A stretch of 64,000 nt of DNA from contig CM082592.2 of assembly GCA_040954595.2 (NCBI GenBank), positions 9,969,677 to 10,033,676 of the forward strand, written 5' to 3'. Position 1 is the first letter of the stretch. The number at the start of each line of letters is the position of its first letter. The DNA comes from Balanoglossus misakiensis (Eukaryota > Animalia > Hemichordata). The position numbers were made by a program, and so were the translations under genes. The notes beneath the pieces are model-generated. The model had not been told where the DNA came from. It saw nothing but the letters and a program-made list of their open reading frames with translations, and ran no database searches. This document shows positions 40,343-54,339 of this stretch, in pieces.

Positions 40343-43300
40343 TTAACGTTCAGGACAGAGAACAGAATCGTGTATATCAGATCCTGGAACTACCTCGGCC
40401 TTCTTTAGAAGGAACTCACTAAACTGCCCATCGTCATCTCGATCTCTTTCAGGAGCGACCAGCCCATGGTCCCTGATAAATGTTTTGATGGCAAGTTTAT
40501 CAGCGTACGGCAGGTATAACTTCCATGTGTAGGACACCAGTGCTATTGGCTGAAACACATAACAGAAATATACAGGAATGAAATGAAAATGAAAATTAAT
40601 AATAATCGTCATCATCTATTGCCTGCTTGGTTTCATGCATGTAAAACAAGTTTACATCACATTAAAGGCTTCCTATAGAAACAAGGTTAATTTGTGAGTC
40701 CCAGCCTTACCATTTCTTTGGTGAGCTCATTGTCGGGAGTGATGACATGTTTACGAAGGCAGCCTGTGACCACTTGGCGAAGAATGTCAACTTCTTCAGG
40801 ATTGGTACACGGGTGATACAATGCAATTACACAGCCATGCTGAAACAGAGCACATGACGAGATTCATTTCCATGACAACACTATAAACTATAAAATGCAC
40901 TGTGCAGACATTAATGCCTACTTACTTCCAGGTTGTGGACCCATCTTTGCGGAGGCAAGTACAGGTACTCTCCAAAGACTGACCACAGAGGGCGGTGTGG
41001 CCCACTGCTGGGAATGGGATCATCATAGACAATCTTTCGGTTCATGCAGACATGTATAGGCTGGGTTTATAGAACAAAAAAGACATCATAGAGTAAATTA
41101 GTAATAGTACATTGTCAAATCTGCTACAGATAGTTTGGTTAGTATTTGGCACAATTGTCCATGCAATTATCAGCAACCATCCAATGTGCGTACAAACTAC
41201 AATGCACTCTACTTGTTGAAACAGACCCAGCACTGCTTGAAAAATCACAACTGCCTTTAGGAAAGAATTATCTTGCAACAGGGATTTGGGATTTACATAA
41301 TCACTCACCGCCAGTAATGGATACTGCTGTGCTTCTTTACTCCAGTCAACTTGATCATTCTGAGAGTGAAAACAGAAAGATGACAATTTTAAGACATAAT
41401 ATTCAACAATACATTAATATCTTGCAGTTTACAGGCACAGGATGATGTTTTGGGTTTCTGTTGAATCTTACCTTCTGACTGGGCCAGTAACTCTCCTCCA
41501 TGCAAAGGTAATCATCCTTAGAGCCATCCCAATCCATCTCTAGGTTTGTCTGCAATAAAAAAGAAGTACGTGTATATCAAAATTTTATCACATATTTTTT
41601 CAGCTAATTGGTGATATTCTCAAAGCCATGAGACTCGAGTGAACATCTAAATTTCATTTTAATGAAAGTTTTATCATGTAATATGTGAATTTGTTTCTGA
41701 AACAAGCACTGCAAATCCGTACGCCTTAGGACACAAATTTGCAGATACACAGTACTTTACATGTCAGGGTCAGTGAGAAGGCACGCCGTACACTGAACCC
41801 ATTACAGACTTCAGTCTTTCAGACATCTCTGTGGGAATCAGTCAATAACAGGAATCTATCAGAGCCTACTTTTTTCACACATGAAACCTTAATGGTAATA
41901 ATAAGGATAGCATTTAAAACCAACTATGGAAATTTGTGCTGAAAGTCAAATGAAGGTAATTACAAACAAAACAGAAACTGCTTTTTAGAAGAAGCAGTTT
42001 CTACTACATTGTCAGTGGACCAGTCTATACAATTATCTTTTTCAGTCAAAAAATTCAATTTTACATTCAATTAAGGCTGGGACGACTGCTTGGCATTATT
42101 AAACATACAGACAGTAGCTGAAATTAACCTGTATGTTCCCTGTGGTTGAGAGTAGTTCCTAAGATAACTTTTTTCCATTTTTACATGTTAAAGTTCTGCT
42201 GGTACAAGTTGTATATATTCAAGAGTTTGAATTAAATCAAATGTTAAACTTAAAATATCTACACCTAGGAGTACCATATGGCTGCAAGCCCATTAAAAAT
42301 TGAAAATCCACCAAAGGCAATTGGAGTGAAACCGAGATCAGCAATTGTGTTAATTTACGTATTAGCCACATCTACATGTACTTGTAAAAATAGATGGCTA
42401 CCATATGTTGTATGGTATGCCAGACATTGTCCGCTCACTTCGCTTGATAGAATCAGTTGTTGAGAATGTTATGAATAAATTATCAGTAAGAGTGTATACT
42501 CGCTAAGGTCAAATGTGCATTCACAGATTGAGTTTTAGGTAGCTGCATTCCTATCTTGTCTGTTCAATAACTTTGAGTAAGTGCTACGTGTCAAATCTTT
42601 GACCAGTTGATATCAGGAACTGCAAACTGGAAATAAAAAATCTCCAAGAGAGATGGAAGACTGCAAGATGTGTTAAGACTTGTAAAACGTCAGGAAACTA
42701 CGTGTCGAAACTGACCCCAAAACGGCAAAGATTGATAGATTATTGTCAGTTACACCAATCACCTGTGCTTTTATTTCTGCTGCATCTAAAAATTCACTGA
42801 ATTCGGACTGCGTATAAATGTTTACGACATGCAGCTGTCAAGACTTGTTGTGACACATAGTGATTGATTTGAGTTGTGAATGTGTCACTGAGTGATAAAA
42901 AGTGACAGATCAACACAAGCACCCTGGAGGTGTGATCGATATTGGAAAGGATATTTATATTTTGAATGAGACAGAAACAGCATGATATATCATCACCTTT
43001 CGTTTATTTTCTAAACAGCCATACAATCTGTCACACAACAGTTCTGCTGTTGCATGGGGCTGTTCACACGTCAACACATTCACACAAAAATTGGGAGATT
43101 TTTTAGGTATACATGCGGTCACCCAAATTTAACGACAGTTGCCATGGAAAGTGGACATCCACCATCCACAGATATTCACTTGGAGTGCCACACAAAAAGC
43201 GCTGATGGCTAATGTTTTTGCCAGCTTTTTTCTGCACCACACTTACATGATAGGAGATAAGCATCCACCTACACATGTATGTATATGAGATTTCTATCAT

Positions 43301-44890
43301 ATCTAATGTGTGTATGTACACTCCAGTTTTAAATGTCAAGACATCCTTCACTACCTACACTGGGAGCGATCTGCTGAGTTAGTACTACTCATGAGCAAAT
43401 TTTGTTATCTGTCAATGAAAAATAGCCTGTTCTCCTGCAAGTGCTTGTACACATTCAGGTCAGTTATTTTCAGCTTTCAGCTTTCCCTAGGAGACTTGTT
43501 ATCCATCTTTTATTTGAACATCGGAATGCATCCAACGGAACATCAGGCATGCAATTTCCCGGATTCCCTAGGGCAATATTAGAATGCCATTATCACACAC
43601 TTCCTCGAACTACCATGATGCACCACTGGCGACATTATCAGCATACACTTTACTCAGGATCAAAGTTGAAATATAATAGCATCTCCATTACATCAGTGAA
43701 TCTCAAAAGCCATTCTCATAATACTAGTGGCCCAGTTGACGTTATTTTGCAAGACATATATAATGTACATATGCTCTCGAGGAAACAAGGTGGATACTTC
43801 TCATTGCTTTGAGATGATAGGCAACAGCCACTAATTTATTTCTTGTCAATTTTATGATGGATGATTCTTCTTTTCCTGCTGAAGGCTTTTTGTGTTGCCA
43901 AGGTCGCGAGAATGTCTCCCTGATGATCATGCGACTTATACTACATACGGTCCATGGTGTTATGGCGTGTGACCTCAGTTTAAATTATCTGACTCTCTCA
44001 GGCTGAAAACATGTCAAATCATGATATCCTGCTACAAATTCAAACAGGGACATGTTGAATTTTTGTTAATCTCTCGTGGCTTGCTTAAATGGCCAGTGTC
44101 ACAAAGCGCAGCATATATACCTGAATGCAACAATTCCGTGCCTCAGGAAATTGCCATGAATTAAACCTAATAGGGCAACAATGAGACACACCATGAACGT
44201 ATTTTCCACGCAGGGCATTTACGGCAGAATAGTCCTTAATTATAAACAAATTATGTGAATGCTATGACAAATACAGTGACTGCATGATTTTAACGCTACA
44301 TAACCATACTAACAGTTTTAAATCCAATTCTGTAATATTAATAACGCTGTGACCTAGCTTTTACTTAGATATCCTTGGAATGATATCATCATAAGCTTAA
44401 TGATGCCAGATCGCATTCTCATTGACAATTGGTATCATGCTTAAAGTCTACCTTATGAACAAATGTTCATAACATTTGCCAAAGGTATTACATAGACTAT
44501 ATTAGTTATTGATTGTACATTATAAATTAATTTTCAAAGCAATCTGATTTTAAGTTATTGACAATATCAGACAGGTGGTTTTTAAAATATTTTGATACTA
44601 CACAATTCTAGTAATAGTATAAAACTCACATTTCCATCATCGCACTTGCCGTTATCAAAGCTGGGATCTCCCATCGGTACGCCACCGTGATCCTTGTGGG
44701 CCATATTGTCGGAGCTGTCTTTATCATGCACATGTCTCCTCCCAATCTCTTCTTCCCTTGCGATGTCAAGAAACTCGTTTTCAACAAGTTCTAGAAGCTC
44801 GTCTTCTAGGTCTCGAACTGGTTGGTATGTGTCAACGCCACACCAAGCAGATATTAGCACAGTAACGGCTAACGTTATCACGATATTCAT
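40343..44890 (-). CDS. TP53I13: TP53I13-like secreted DUF3105-domain protein, 6 exons, ~286 aa
   Basis: Exons 44890-44630, 41549-41472, 41359-41309, 41060-40926, 40839-40711, 40549-40343, all phase 0 GT-AG. Signal peptide [18 protein letters not shown]; [13 protein letters not shown]; DUF3105 motif [54 protein letters not shown]...[10 protein letters not shown]...PIALVSY...APE...DGQF. Confidence 0.85.
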
Positions 44891-47800
44891 GTTTTCAAGA
44901 AAGTCGGACAGCAAAGAACAGTGCAGTGTGTGTACATGTACACGCCCGTCGTCTTCTGCAATCTCAGCTAACTAATGACTTACACTTAAATATCCCAAAA
45001 TATGTAAATAGTGACCAATATTAGAACGCTAATCGTGACTGGCGTTTCCGACAACATGCCTTTTCTCGTGTAAGACAGGTCTGAACACATCCGATGATGA
45101 CATCCGCCCCAATTTCGTCAGTAAATGAAACGACGTCTGCTCGCAGTAGATGCAGTGAATATGCTCAGCGCGCGCGGTTGCTATCTGATAGGGGGCGCTG
45201 TTTGAGTATTACTATTAGTACATGTATTATAGTGTACATTTACGCAAGACTAAAAGTTTTGACCGTTTTTACCATATACTGTTCGTTGAGACAAAGTAAA
45301 TAATCTATCATCCATCATAAATGAAGGTATCGTGCATGGTTGCATGTCCAATTCTCGGACGCGCTGCATCAGTCGAGGTCTTGACCGCCACTTAGGCTAT
45401 GCAGTATGCGGAAAAGTCGCCACCCAGATGACAGACCTCAGGCGAGTCAACGGACACCGTCGTATAGAATTTACAACTGTCTAAATGTTTGAACAGCGCA
45501 TGTGTCTGTCTTCCGAGTGTTTGCATTTTTAAAGATTTAGTGATCAAGCCTCTTTGTACGCCCCAGATAAAGTTGCTGCCCGCATAAAGTAACTTGAAGT
45601 GCCCGGAAACCACCGGAGATGGTCTTTGATATAGGTCTCGGACTCAGGGGACCTTCAGGTAAAAACAATAAATGCATACCACTCACTGCTTGGTTTTGAT
45701 AAGGTAAGGACAAACTGCAGCTGTGCCATCGACTTAGCCCATGGCCTACAAGACTCCTGTAGAGAGGTTTACGGAGCTAGTCTACGTGAATACCGAGATA
45801 CTATAAGTTCTCAAATGTCACCTTTGATTTTAATACCGTCACCTGAGGGCGCGCTGTATTAGTGCTTTCACGGTTCATGAGGCTCTGTTTTGGTACGTCG
45901 TCCTCGAAATTGTTGACAGACAAAAAGAAAACCAATATGTTTATGTTGTAACACTTACTGTTTAGCTGATTATGTCAACAAATGGGTCACATACTGAACG
46001 CAAAGTCGTTCGCTGGCAAGGGCTACATGGGGCGTTTACTTTACATGGTATTGGATTTGGACTGTATATTTAATTACTTCGCCACGTCTCCTCAAGAACC
46101 TGAGGTCATGTCTACAAATTTATGTAAACTCTGCATATACAAGAGCTCTTTAATCCATTCCAAATGTAGGAATTTTTAAACAAAGGAAACAAAACCAGGT
46201 ATAAGCGTTAGCAACCAAGAATAGGATCGTTGATAACTGCGAATCCAAACTTTCTTATTTTCGTCGTTTACTTTTTGGCCATTTGTAAACGTCGTCATCT
46301 TCAAGCTTTTGGGGTGAAAGTTGCTCTTTTAATGACTTTTTTGATTTTATGTCGTGCTGGTTAGATCAAAAAGAGGCTTTTACCGACTCGACCGACCTTC
46401 AAATTTGATGATATAAAGCTGTTTTACTCTTTTCAAAACAGAGTCGAGGAGGCGACCATCAATGCCATTTGAACGCCGATTAACGCCTCAGAAAAGTGGC
46501 GGAGTGTTCGCCATTATATAGGCGACTCCTTATATTAGTGTCTCAAGGTTGAATAGGAGACGCTGTTAGTATATCGAGGGCCAATCCCAAATCCATTTAC
46601 AAAACATCGGGTTACCTTACCGCCATTTCTGGCGGTTTCTGCGCTGTTTTCAGAAACTTCCCGTCCTTCTCCAAGCATGCCGAGGTCATATATCATCACA
46701 CCGAGGGTATATGAAGTCTTTTCGTAATTTGATGATTTCCGTAAAGTGGTAAACGGGATAAGATTAAGTGTTACCTTGGGTCGTCCATTTTATTTATGTG
46801 AGTCTCAATTGCGCAAACGCACCAGGGAAGATTCCGGTCAGGGAATCCCTGGCCCTGGAACTTCTAATGTTTCGTCCGTTGTCCAGTTGTGCCCGAGACA
46901 CGTGGGTGTAGGTATTTCTTTAAGAATCCTTCCCCCAAGCTCAATGGTTATTAATCGTCTGCACCTCTCGATGTAGACAAATCTTTCGTGGGCGTGCCCG
47001 ACAGACAACCATAAACTTTGATATCGCTTTAAAACTGTGGAAGTACATGCTGTTTTGTATCCGATAAAGTGGGCAGATATGTAAACGCATGTAGTGTCCT
47101 CTAGCGTGTCTGTCGCATTCTTTCTCAGCTGATACATAAAACAACTCTAGCTAGAGATCCTTGGCTATGTGGTACAATGACCGCCTTAACCTGATGAGGT
47201 CATCGGTGGAAACTGCTTGGTATACGATAGATGTCGTCTCGTTTTCCGGTTTCTGTTGACTTTGACCTTAAAACTTGAGGGACTGACTGAGACATTACAA
47301 AACAAGTAGACAGATCGCCTCGGTGTGTTTATAAATGCAGAATTCAAATGCGAAAAATGGTGTGGGAGCGATCGTGGACGGTTGAAGTGTGGCCAGCTCA
47401 AAGTGCTTCGCCCATCTCCCTGTGTTTAACGAAAATTAGACATACCTTCGCTACGTTAAAATTTACGACATCACCATATTATTGCAAGAAAATAATATCT
47501 TATTATTTATTTTCAAATCTCAAAGAAAAATAGGTTCCTCTCCAGTTCTTTAGTAATGATAAAATCAAATGAGAAGAAAAAACATTTCACACAGTGTTTT
47601 TACCCTGAGGTGGGAACCACAGTAAACACGTGGTGGTCAATTGACATTGAGACATGGTAAAAATATACTACATTTCGAAAAATGGTCAAATTTTCATCAA
47701 CAATGAAAATTCTTTGCACCAAAATATTTGAAATATTCACTGTTTAATAAACGTTCACTTGCAGCAAATAAAAAAATCTAAACCGCAAACCCCAAACTTC

Positions 47801-48986
47801 TTCACTCAAACGGTTTATACTGTCACATGATAATACGATGTAACCATCATTTCATTCCCGATTATGGGGTGAAAAAGCATACATTTTGCACATGTACAAT
47901 ATTTCACCAACTTGAAAACACGCTTTTATGTACCACCATTCGAAATTTGAACACAAATGTGCAAGAACCATAAAGAGAAAGGGTTCAGAAGCGTGGGCTT
48001 TCTGGAAAACTGACCCAATTTATAGGATTTCAGTAAAGAGGGATGGAGGCGTGACGTACGGAAGTCTCTGTGACGGTCAAGTCGTTCACTTTGGAACAAG
48101 TACGGGACCTGATACCACGGCTATAGAATTATTGGCTGGCTGACAGCTTTCCTTTGTATCCCAGACGAGCCTTTTTTGAATGTGAAAAGAAATTATTTGG
48201 AGGCCACCGCTCTCTTTTTTCACAGCCCGCACCGAGATGAATTGAACCTTCTGTACGTCTTGCCCGATTGCCGGAGGTATAATACCGTCTGTACAATAAA
48301 TACTCACACAATACCAGGGCAATTTTCTGTCAGTTATTTGAATGCTTGGACATATTCTACGACTGGTACTACATAACAATTCTTGTACACAAATCTTAAC
48401 AAGCACCGGATATGTAACTACTCTGTATTATCGTTAAAAACTTTCAAAATGCATTCAGAGCACTGTTCATGTGACCCCCCACCCCCACCCCATTGGCCCG
48501 GTTAAACTGTAAAATGAACTTCAGGCGGTCAATGTACTTTCGACCAGCGGCTTAGCGCATGATCAGAATCAGGCGAATACGGTATTTTAAAAATTCAGCA
48601 AACTTACTTTCAAGATCAACATACATTGCAACGTTTACGTAACAGTACCAGTGTATCACATTAAAGATAATATGCGGGTAGTACGATAAAATATAATGCC
48701 ATGCATGGAAGCGGTGTACTATACGGTTTTATACACGTACATAACGTATTGCCTGATTGTACTTAGTGATATCAACATCGTAGTTTAAGGTCCGTCCTTT
48801 AAAACACAAGTACTGCATGATTATGGCGTAGTACTGAACAGAGATAAGGTAAAACACATTTGAAAAAGTTTGCACTGGACCGCGAATCGGAAGGCCGCAC
48901 GACAATATAATCAACAAAAGTTATGTCAAGGTTATTCAAATAAACAAGAGATACCTTCTGTTTACGCAATAATTGTTTTATATACA

Positions 48987-48998
48987 GGTGACGTCACC
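48987..48998. promoter_or_regulatory. Palindromic CRE site GGTGACGTCACC in the CpG-rich intergenic region
   Basis: Perfect 12-bp palindrome; a CRE-half plus ETS composite (gtgacgtacggaagt) also occurs at 48051-48065. Confidence 0.25.
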
Positions 48999-50980
48999 GA
49001 GGTCAAATAAAATGATGGCGTTTGCGGGTATTGGTTGTAACAGGCTTGTAAGAACCATACAACCATGCAACTGATATCTACTTGAACATTAATATACCTA
49101 GTTTTGAATATTTGTCGTCATATCTATCAAACTTGTTGATAATTGTGTTTAAAATTACCGTTATTACAATCCTTATAAACAGCTATTATTTTGATTTACA
49201 TATATGCACCAATTTTTGTACAAAGTTCACACCCTTTTAATACGAAATAAACCCCCTCCACTTTCCCCCAAAAATCATGTATCACATCCAGTATAAACCT
49301 GTTATAACTGCGGTCATTTGTGAGTCTGGGGTAACTGACAAAACGAATAATTATTCTGTGTTACTGAATATTGTAAACGTCAAAAAAAAGAAAAACGCTT
49401 TTAAGGATACTGAAAAGGTGTCTGGACCGTGAAAAAAACGCCGTTTTGATTTTCCGGTAAAAATTACAGTAACCTATATACGTAAGGTTTAATTTATAGA
49501 GCAAGCCATATCTGAAAATGTGGAAGCCAGTTTTTTCTGGCCCCTTCTGTGACAAACAGCCTTGGCAATTGTATGACCTCTGACACCCTGTTGAGTGAGA
49601 TGTATAGAAGTCACTCTACGTGCAATGATGTGTGAGAAGGCTATATCTATCTGTATAATGGGTATTGGGGAAGGAAGCCATTCCCCATGAGGCTGAACCT
49701 ACAGTACAAATAATCCTATTTTCATAGGATGTGCCGCGGGTCACCGGTTGTCTTGGCAACCCCCAAACACTGCGCTGAGATTTTTTTGAGACCGGCTCAA
49801 GGGATCGCCATAAACTGAATAAACAATTTCTATATACATGCTGTCTGAAATACATGTAAAATAGGTGGGCATTTTCTGGAGTAAGCAACTGTTAGAATCA
49901 CTAGCTTGCGATTTCATTCAGGATTAAATTCTGGTGCACGACAATTGACCTCTCTATACTGAAAGCAATAAAGCAGAGTTGTTTGACCTTCAAGTATTTT
50001 TCGTGGCTTTTTAAATCTCTAATAATTATATATAGACGATTCAAAGTCGCGTGAGACGATTTAACAAAATTGGCAGAAACGCTTCAAATTTAAAGGCAGT
50101 GCAACAATTTTTGTTGAATTCGGGGACGCTCTCCAATTTTTAAAAGCATTTGAAGCGATCTTTTCAACTGCCCCCTTTTTTCAAGACAATCGGTCGCCTT
50201 CTTCAAAGGGGTGATTGATACGCTGCGCTGGACTGCGGTCGCTGTGACCTCATGGCAAAAAGGTCACCGGGCTAAGCCAATCACTCTTGGCAACCTGTTT
50301 ATCCCCCCCCCGCAAGTGGAGGAGCGTGACATCGCATAACACCGGCCACCAAAAAAGTGGGACTGAAAAAAGTTAAATCAAGATGTTACAAAAGGAAACG
50401 GTCATTTCCTTTATAACTGTATACTGTCTTACGCAGAAAGTGAGAGTAGACGCTAAACAAATATGCGTAGTCTACGGAGGTGGAATTGGTATTTTTCGGG
50501 GGCGGGGGTGAATGGGATGTACTAACTATTACAAGGAGTTTGCACACTATTACCCAAGTATGTTTGGTTTAAAATTTGTTACCGCTCGATAATTTTTTAA
50601 GAGGGTGCACAAACCTGACGAGTGTTTACCGACTGCGCTTGAATTGCTGCGAAATGTGTCACCGCGTGAATAAAAACGATCTGTCTATAAACACCAGGAT
50701 TTATAAAACAAAGTAAAAACAGTTGAAAACTACTGGCTTCAAAGAAGTCATGGTCGATTACACGCTATGTATAAAGGTTGTCCCCGGCAACCTTGCCATG
50801 TTGGCGCGGTCCGTTTATATTGCATGCACTAGTATATAATTCAAGGTAAAACTCCAGTCCACCATTGACTATAAATAGGTTGTAACCCACTGGCCCACAC
50901 AAGTGAGCATTTTGACTTTGTTCGTTTGCATATTGTAAGATGAAATTGGTCCTTCACGGTGTTTGATCCTTTTCTTTACG

Positions 50981-53925
50981 CTAGAAGTCGTTCTCAGCAC
51001 GGAATAAAATTTTCATAGTTGCGTAGTCCTTGGCTTCCAGTTCCAAAGAACTTGTGTACCATTTTATAGTTTCTTCCACGTGGTGTTTGACCGTGGAAGT
51101 GTGGGTAATGACGGGGGTTTTCGGGAAAAGAAACACGGTCGAACTGTACCGTCTGCCTTTCATGGTGGGTTCCATAAGGATCTCCGTCTTGTGGTGTCTG
51201 TGGCCGTCGTCGCACGTCACCGTCGTGCTGTAGGACTTCGGACAGAGCTTGGGGACGCACTGCACGGCCTCCTTGTATCGCTGATGCTGCTCGTAGTGAC
51301 ACCGCTGACCGTACAGGTATTCCTCGGTGGACGGCGACCGCGCAAGGGCGACGGTCTCGCTGTAGAAGTACGGGGTGATGATCCCGTTGGAATGCTCTAC
51401 TGTGTAGTCGCAATGCTCACCTGGTTTCACACACACGACCATTTTTACGTGTAGCAGATCACGGGAAGTTGATTTCTGACCATAAAAATACAGAAGATGA
51501 AAGGGTTAATAAACAACGACAGTTAGTTAAGCAATTAAGGTGTGAATTGGTGAAATTGACAGCTGGTGTGACAAACTGCAAACGTGACCTATTTTTAGAT
51601 AGAAACATACATGTATATGGTATTATAAACAACCATCGTACTGACCCAGTCACGTGACTATCGAGCAGGGGTCTATTACACAGTAGCACTTATTCTTTAA
51701 TCACCGCATTGTTCTCATAAAAATGAGTCAAACGCATTGTTATTGCAACGCTCACAAAGGACACGCGATCGATTACAAAATTCGCCACACTAATTGAATA
51801 AGAATTTTACGGGGGCTAGTAGAAGTACATTTTTAAGTGGGACGGGATGGACAGCGGGAGAGAGAATTAAGCGAAACGGACATTCCCCAGCGGGACTTTT
51901 CCAAACGTCGCAGCTGAATAAAAAAATATATTGGATAAACGCACGCACTCGATAAGATTACTGCTAACACCGTTATGTAATGGTAATGAGTCCGTAATGG
52001 GTGAAATGCTTAGCGAAAAAAAACGGGAACTCGCCTACTACATGTAGTTAAATTTTACGCGGCTCTGGTTTTAGGTACACCCTTTGGTCTGGGCAAACAT
52101 TTCTGCATTCCCCAGGGCGTTTATCAGTCTGGCTGTCAAACGCTGAACTCAAAACAAACCCACTATTTACGGCGTGTTATTGAACCCTGCCATTGCCGCA
52201 TGACATTGACATAGCTTGTAGCGGTTACAAATACTACACCAAATTCAGAATCCATTCACACTGAAGCGATTCATGCAATGCTTAGAAGTTCGCACGGTTG
52301 AGTCCGGACCTACAGATCAGACGCCGCATTCCTCAGTACGTGTAAACCGCCCTTAATGGAGGGTTTTGCAGCTGATCAGATTAGAAGCGAGTGTCGCCAA
52401 CGACCCACCTACGAATAAAAACCACCAGTGAGAGTAAAAAATTCACGACAAACACCGCGAATCTCCACACCCTATCTGTATAGCGACGGCCACCTGGTGA
52501 ATCAAGCGGTCGAAGCCAACGCGCAGCAAATGTCGACGACGCGCATACGCACCTATTAAAATCCACGACAACGGGGAAGTAAATCAGAGTTGGCATAAAA
52601 GTCCGGCCTTGTCGTTCCTCATTCGTGTCCAGTTCGCGTATGGTCACTGCAGGTAAACTGGGGACACTGATAAAAGCCACTCAGCCGTTCTGTGTGTGTG
52701 TAGGTGTTAATGTTAAATTCGCTGATCATGTGACCACGTAGATCACGTGACAGATCTGGGTTAGCCATCAGTTGGTTGCCAACGAAACTGCCATCGCCAT
52801 CGCAGACTACGGCAACATATGTTGTTCTGTCCCTCGCCAACTGAATAGATGTATGAATACAATAATTCACAAACTAAATTAAGCGATGAATATAATTCAT
52901 GGCTATATTTAAACCCGCAGCGTAGTTATGGCCGAATCTAGTAGGGCTGTCGCGTCCATTGAAGAGAAACCATCTCTGTAATATTCTGGCATTCCCTGGG
53001 TCTCTGTGGGGAGGCAGTGTCGACAAGGAGTAAAACACTATCACAACTATAGTCCACAAGTATAACAATACTCGTGTATATATAGAAGACAGCTGATTGA
53101 CAACTCTCTCACCTCTCAGTCTTCAGTCATTCGGCATGAGAAGGCCCCCAAGTGACAGACGTAAACTTTATAGCCTACTTTGTTATTTTAGTTTGGCAAA
53201 GCATATCAATTTTAGGGAAGTGTGCAGACACGATAGTTATTGACCATAGCCAGTGAATCATAAATGAGTTCCTCATGAGCGATGGAGGATGTGAGACCAC
53301 GAGACAGTTGTAGAACTTCAGACAGAAGTTTGCACAAGGAGGATGCGAGTGCCATTTTGGCCTGGCAACCAAGTGTGCCCTCAACGGTTGGCCTAGGATG
53401 TGGCCAGCCAGCAATGATGGACACGCATCAATGAAAATCTGGTTAGGTTGACAGGCTTTAGGTTGAAATTTTCGCTATATTTCTCTGTGTCGCCTTGTCT
53501 TGAGTGACTGCACGATGCGACACATGGAGTAGACAACAAGTAGACAGCACTGTGGGATAGACACTACTCTTAGTTCTGAACATACATCGTCATCTAATTT
53601 GCAATCATTCGTTTAGAAAGTCACGGTATCCATGACAACACAGCCACACAGGTAGAAAATCTCATGACGAACAACGCTTCCTTTGTTTGGTTTGGCTCCA
53701 AATGAGGGAAGACGCTGTACTCCTTTGCTCATTATCAATTTGATCGAATTTTGTTGACGAGAAACCCCGAGATGCGAATTAGCCATCTTTTGTTGAAGAA
53801 TAACGAATTAGTTTTATCCGCACGTTGAGGCCTTGACAAAATCGAGACAGTTAAATAAATATCAAAATCGATTTACTTACCCCTCTGACTACGAAGATAC
53901 GCCGTTGCAAAGGGATAACCACCAT
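50981..53925 (-). CDS. RFLNB: Refilin (FAM101/Cfm) family filamin-binding protein, probably 2 exons (~179 aa; ~153 aa if started at the ATG at 51442)
   Basis: Main exon 51475-50981 encodes EYLYGQRCHYEQHQRYKEAVQCVPKLCPKSYSTTVTCDDGHRHHKTEILMEPTMKGRRYSSTVFLFPKTPVITHTSTVKHHVEETIKWYTSSLELEA. This is collinear with my recollection of vertebrate refilin B (EVRYTSLVKYDSERHFIDDVQLP...SCSQTVTCVP...RNYKAEVRFEP...RFLSTTIVYPKYPKAVYTTTLDYNCRKTLRRFLSSVELEA). Putative exon 1 at 53925-53881 (aaaacATG, MVVIPLQRRIFVVRG|gtaagt) is phase 0 and in frame; exon 1 is less certain than the main exon. Confidence 0.8.
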
Positions 53926-54339
53926 GTTTTGAATCTTTCCTTCACGGTCAATACAAGCCAGTGGCAAAAGTCTCGTCCAGAGTTCCACTTACACTTTTGT
54001 CTGTGAGTTACCGAAATGTGTGAATGAATAAGTTACACTTTTGGCGGTTTCGTGTCCTCAGAACCTTTGTCGTCTGCTTCCGGTAAAGCATGACACTGAC
54101 ACCAAAAATTATTTTTGAAACAAGGAAATGAAACACTTGGCATTTGACGATAAAAGGACAGCTTCCTTTAACCTCTGCTATCGCTGTGCACTATTTTGAT
54201 GAATCTTTGATCACATTGATATTACAAACAGAACTTACTAAAACATGGATTGTTTGCATATTTAAAACCTGAGAGCTGTTTCATGCACTTACATCTTTGA
54301 AAATTCATCAGCTAAAATCTCTAGAGTGGAAGCATGTCT

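Noticed and set aside
50994-51454. Overlapping 139-aa and 124-aa ORFs over the refilin exon
   Set aside because: Shadow frames of a GC-rich coding exon with no recognisable homology.
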